Positions 61,169 to 61,305 of a stretch of DNA of 61,305 nt are shown one piece after another. The stretch is from Capsulimonadales bacterium. GTDB lineage: Bacteria; Armatimonadota; Armatimonadia; Armatimonadales; Armatimonadaceae. The first letter of the stretch is position 1, and each line of letters begins with the position of its first letter. The notes under the pieces were generated by a model, which was given only the letters and a program-made list of their open reading frames with translations, did not search any database and was not told the DNA's origin. A program made the translations under genes and the position numbers. Location of the stretch: NCBI GenBank assembly GCA_033762295.1, contig JANRLW010000034.1:1-61305 (forward strand), in the 5' to 3' direction.

Positions 61169-61305
61169 AGTAGTTATCCAAAAGAAATGCGGTAGCGTCC
61201 TCCCACGCTATCGAGCACCGAGCGAACGCTCTGGCACAGGAAAGGGAAACTTCGGTAGGCATCCAAACCCAGCCACCGATACTTCACCTGACGCCAGAGC
61301 ACCTC
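61167..61305 (-). mobile_element. IS630-family transposase C-terminus and element end (runs off right edge)
   Basis: Minus strand reads EVLWRQVKYRWLGLDAYRSFPFLCQSVRSVLDSVGGRYRISFG* (stop 61174-61176); TA dinucleotide at 61167-61168. Confidence 0.7.

Overview
High-GC bacterial chromosome window, probably Armatimonadota (inferred from the prepilin/H-X9-DG gene, the L3 loop sequence and the style of the secreted hypotheticals; not verified). Main content: (1) 3' end of tuf, then the full S10 operon and the first three spc genes, which stop at a terminator right after rplE; (2) mixed housekeeping and accessory genes (NlpC/P60, GH43, DUF177, paired chromate transporters, zinc-ribbon-free L33/L28, cutC, acs, FKBP, SDR, USP); (3) a ~16.5 kb respiratory locus with a fused heme A/heme O synthase, alternative complex III (actABCDEF plus actG-like), SCO and an A2-type caa3 oxidase; (4) dprA, beta-propeller proteins, nudC, an acyltransferase and a tandem GT4-UbiA-methyltransferase cluster; (5) a prepilin gene and nested IS256/IS630 debris at the right edge. 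Most notable observations: the oxidase has lost all three canonical Mg/Mn-site ligands across two subunits; His/Gly-rich segments recur in most respiratory subunits; an unannotated decayed AAA-ATPase + HNH (Septu-like) defence relic; TGTGA-N6-TCACA-like boxes and an orphan terminator upstream of the respiratory locus; long structured spacers and disordered protein tails in the S10 operon. All calls come from motif recognition by eye; no database searches were run. I did not find a clear-cut novel system, only candidates.
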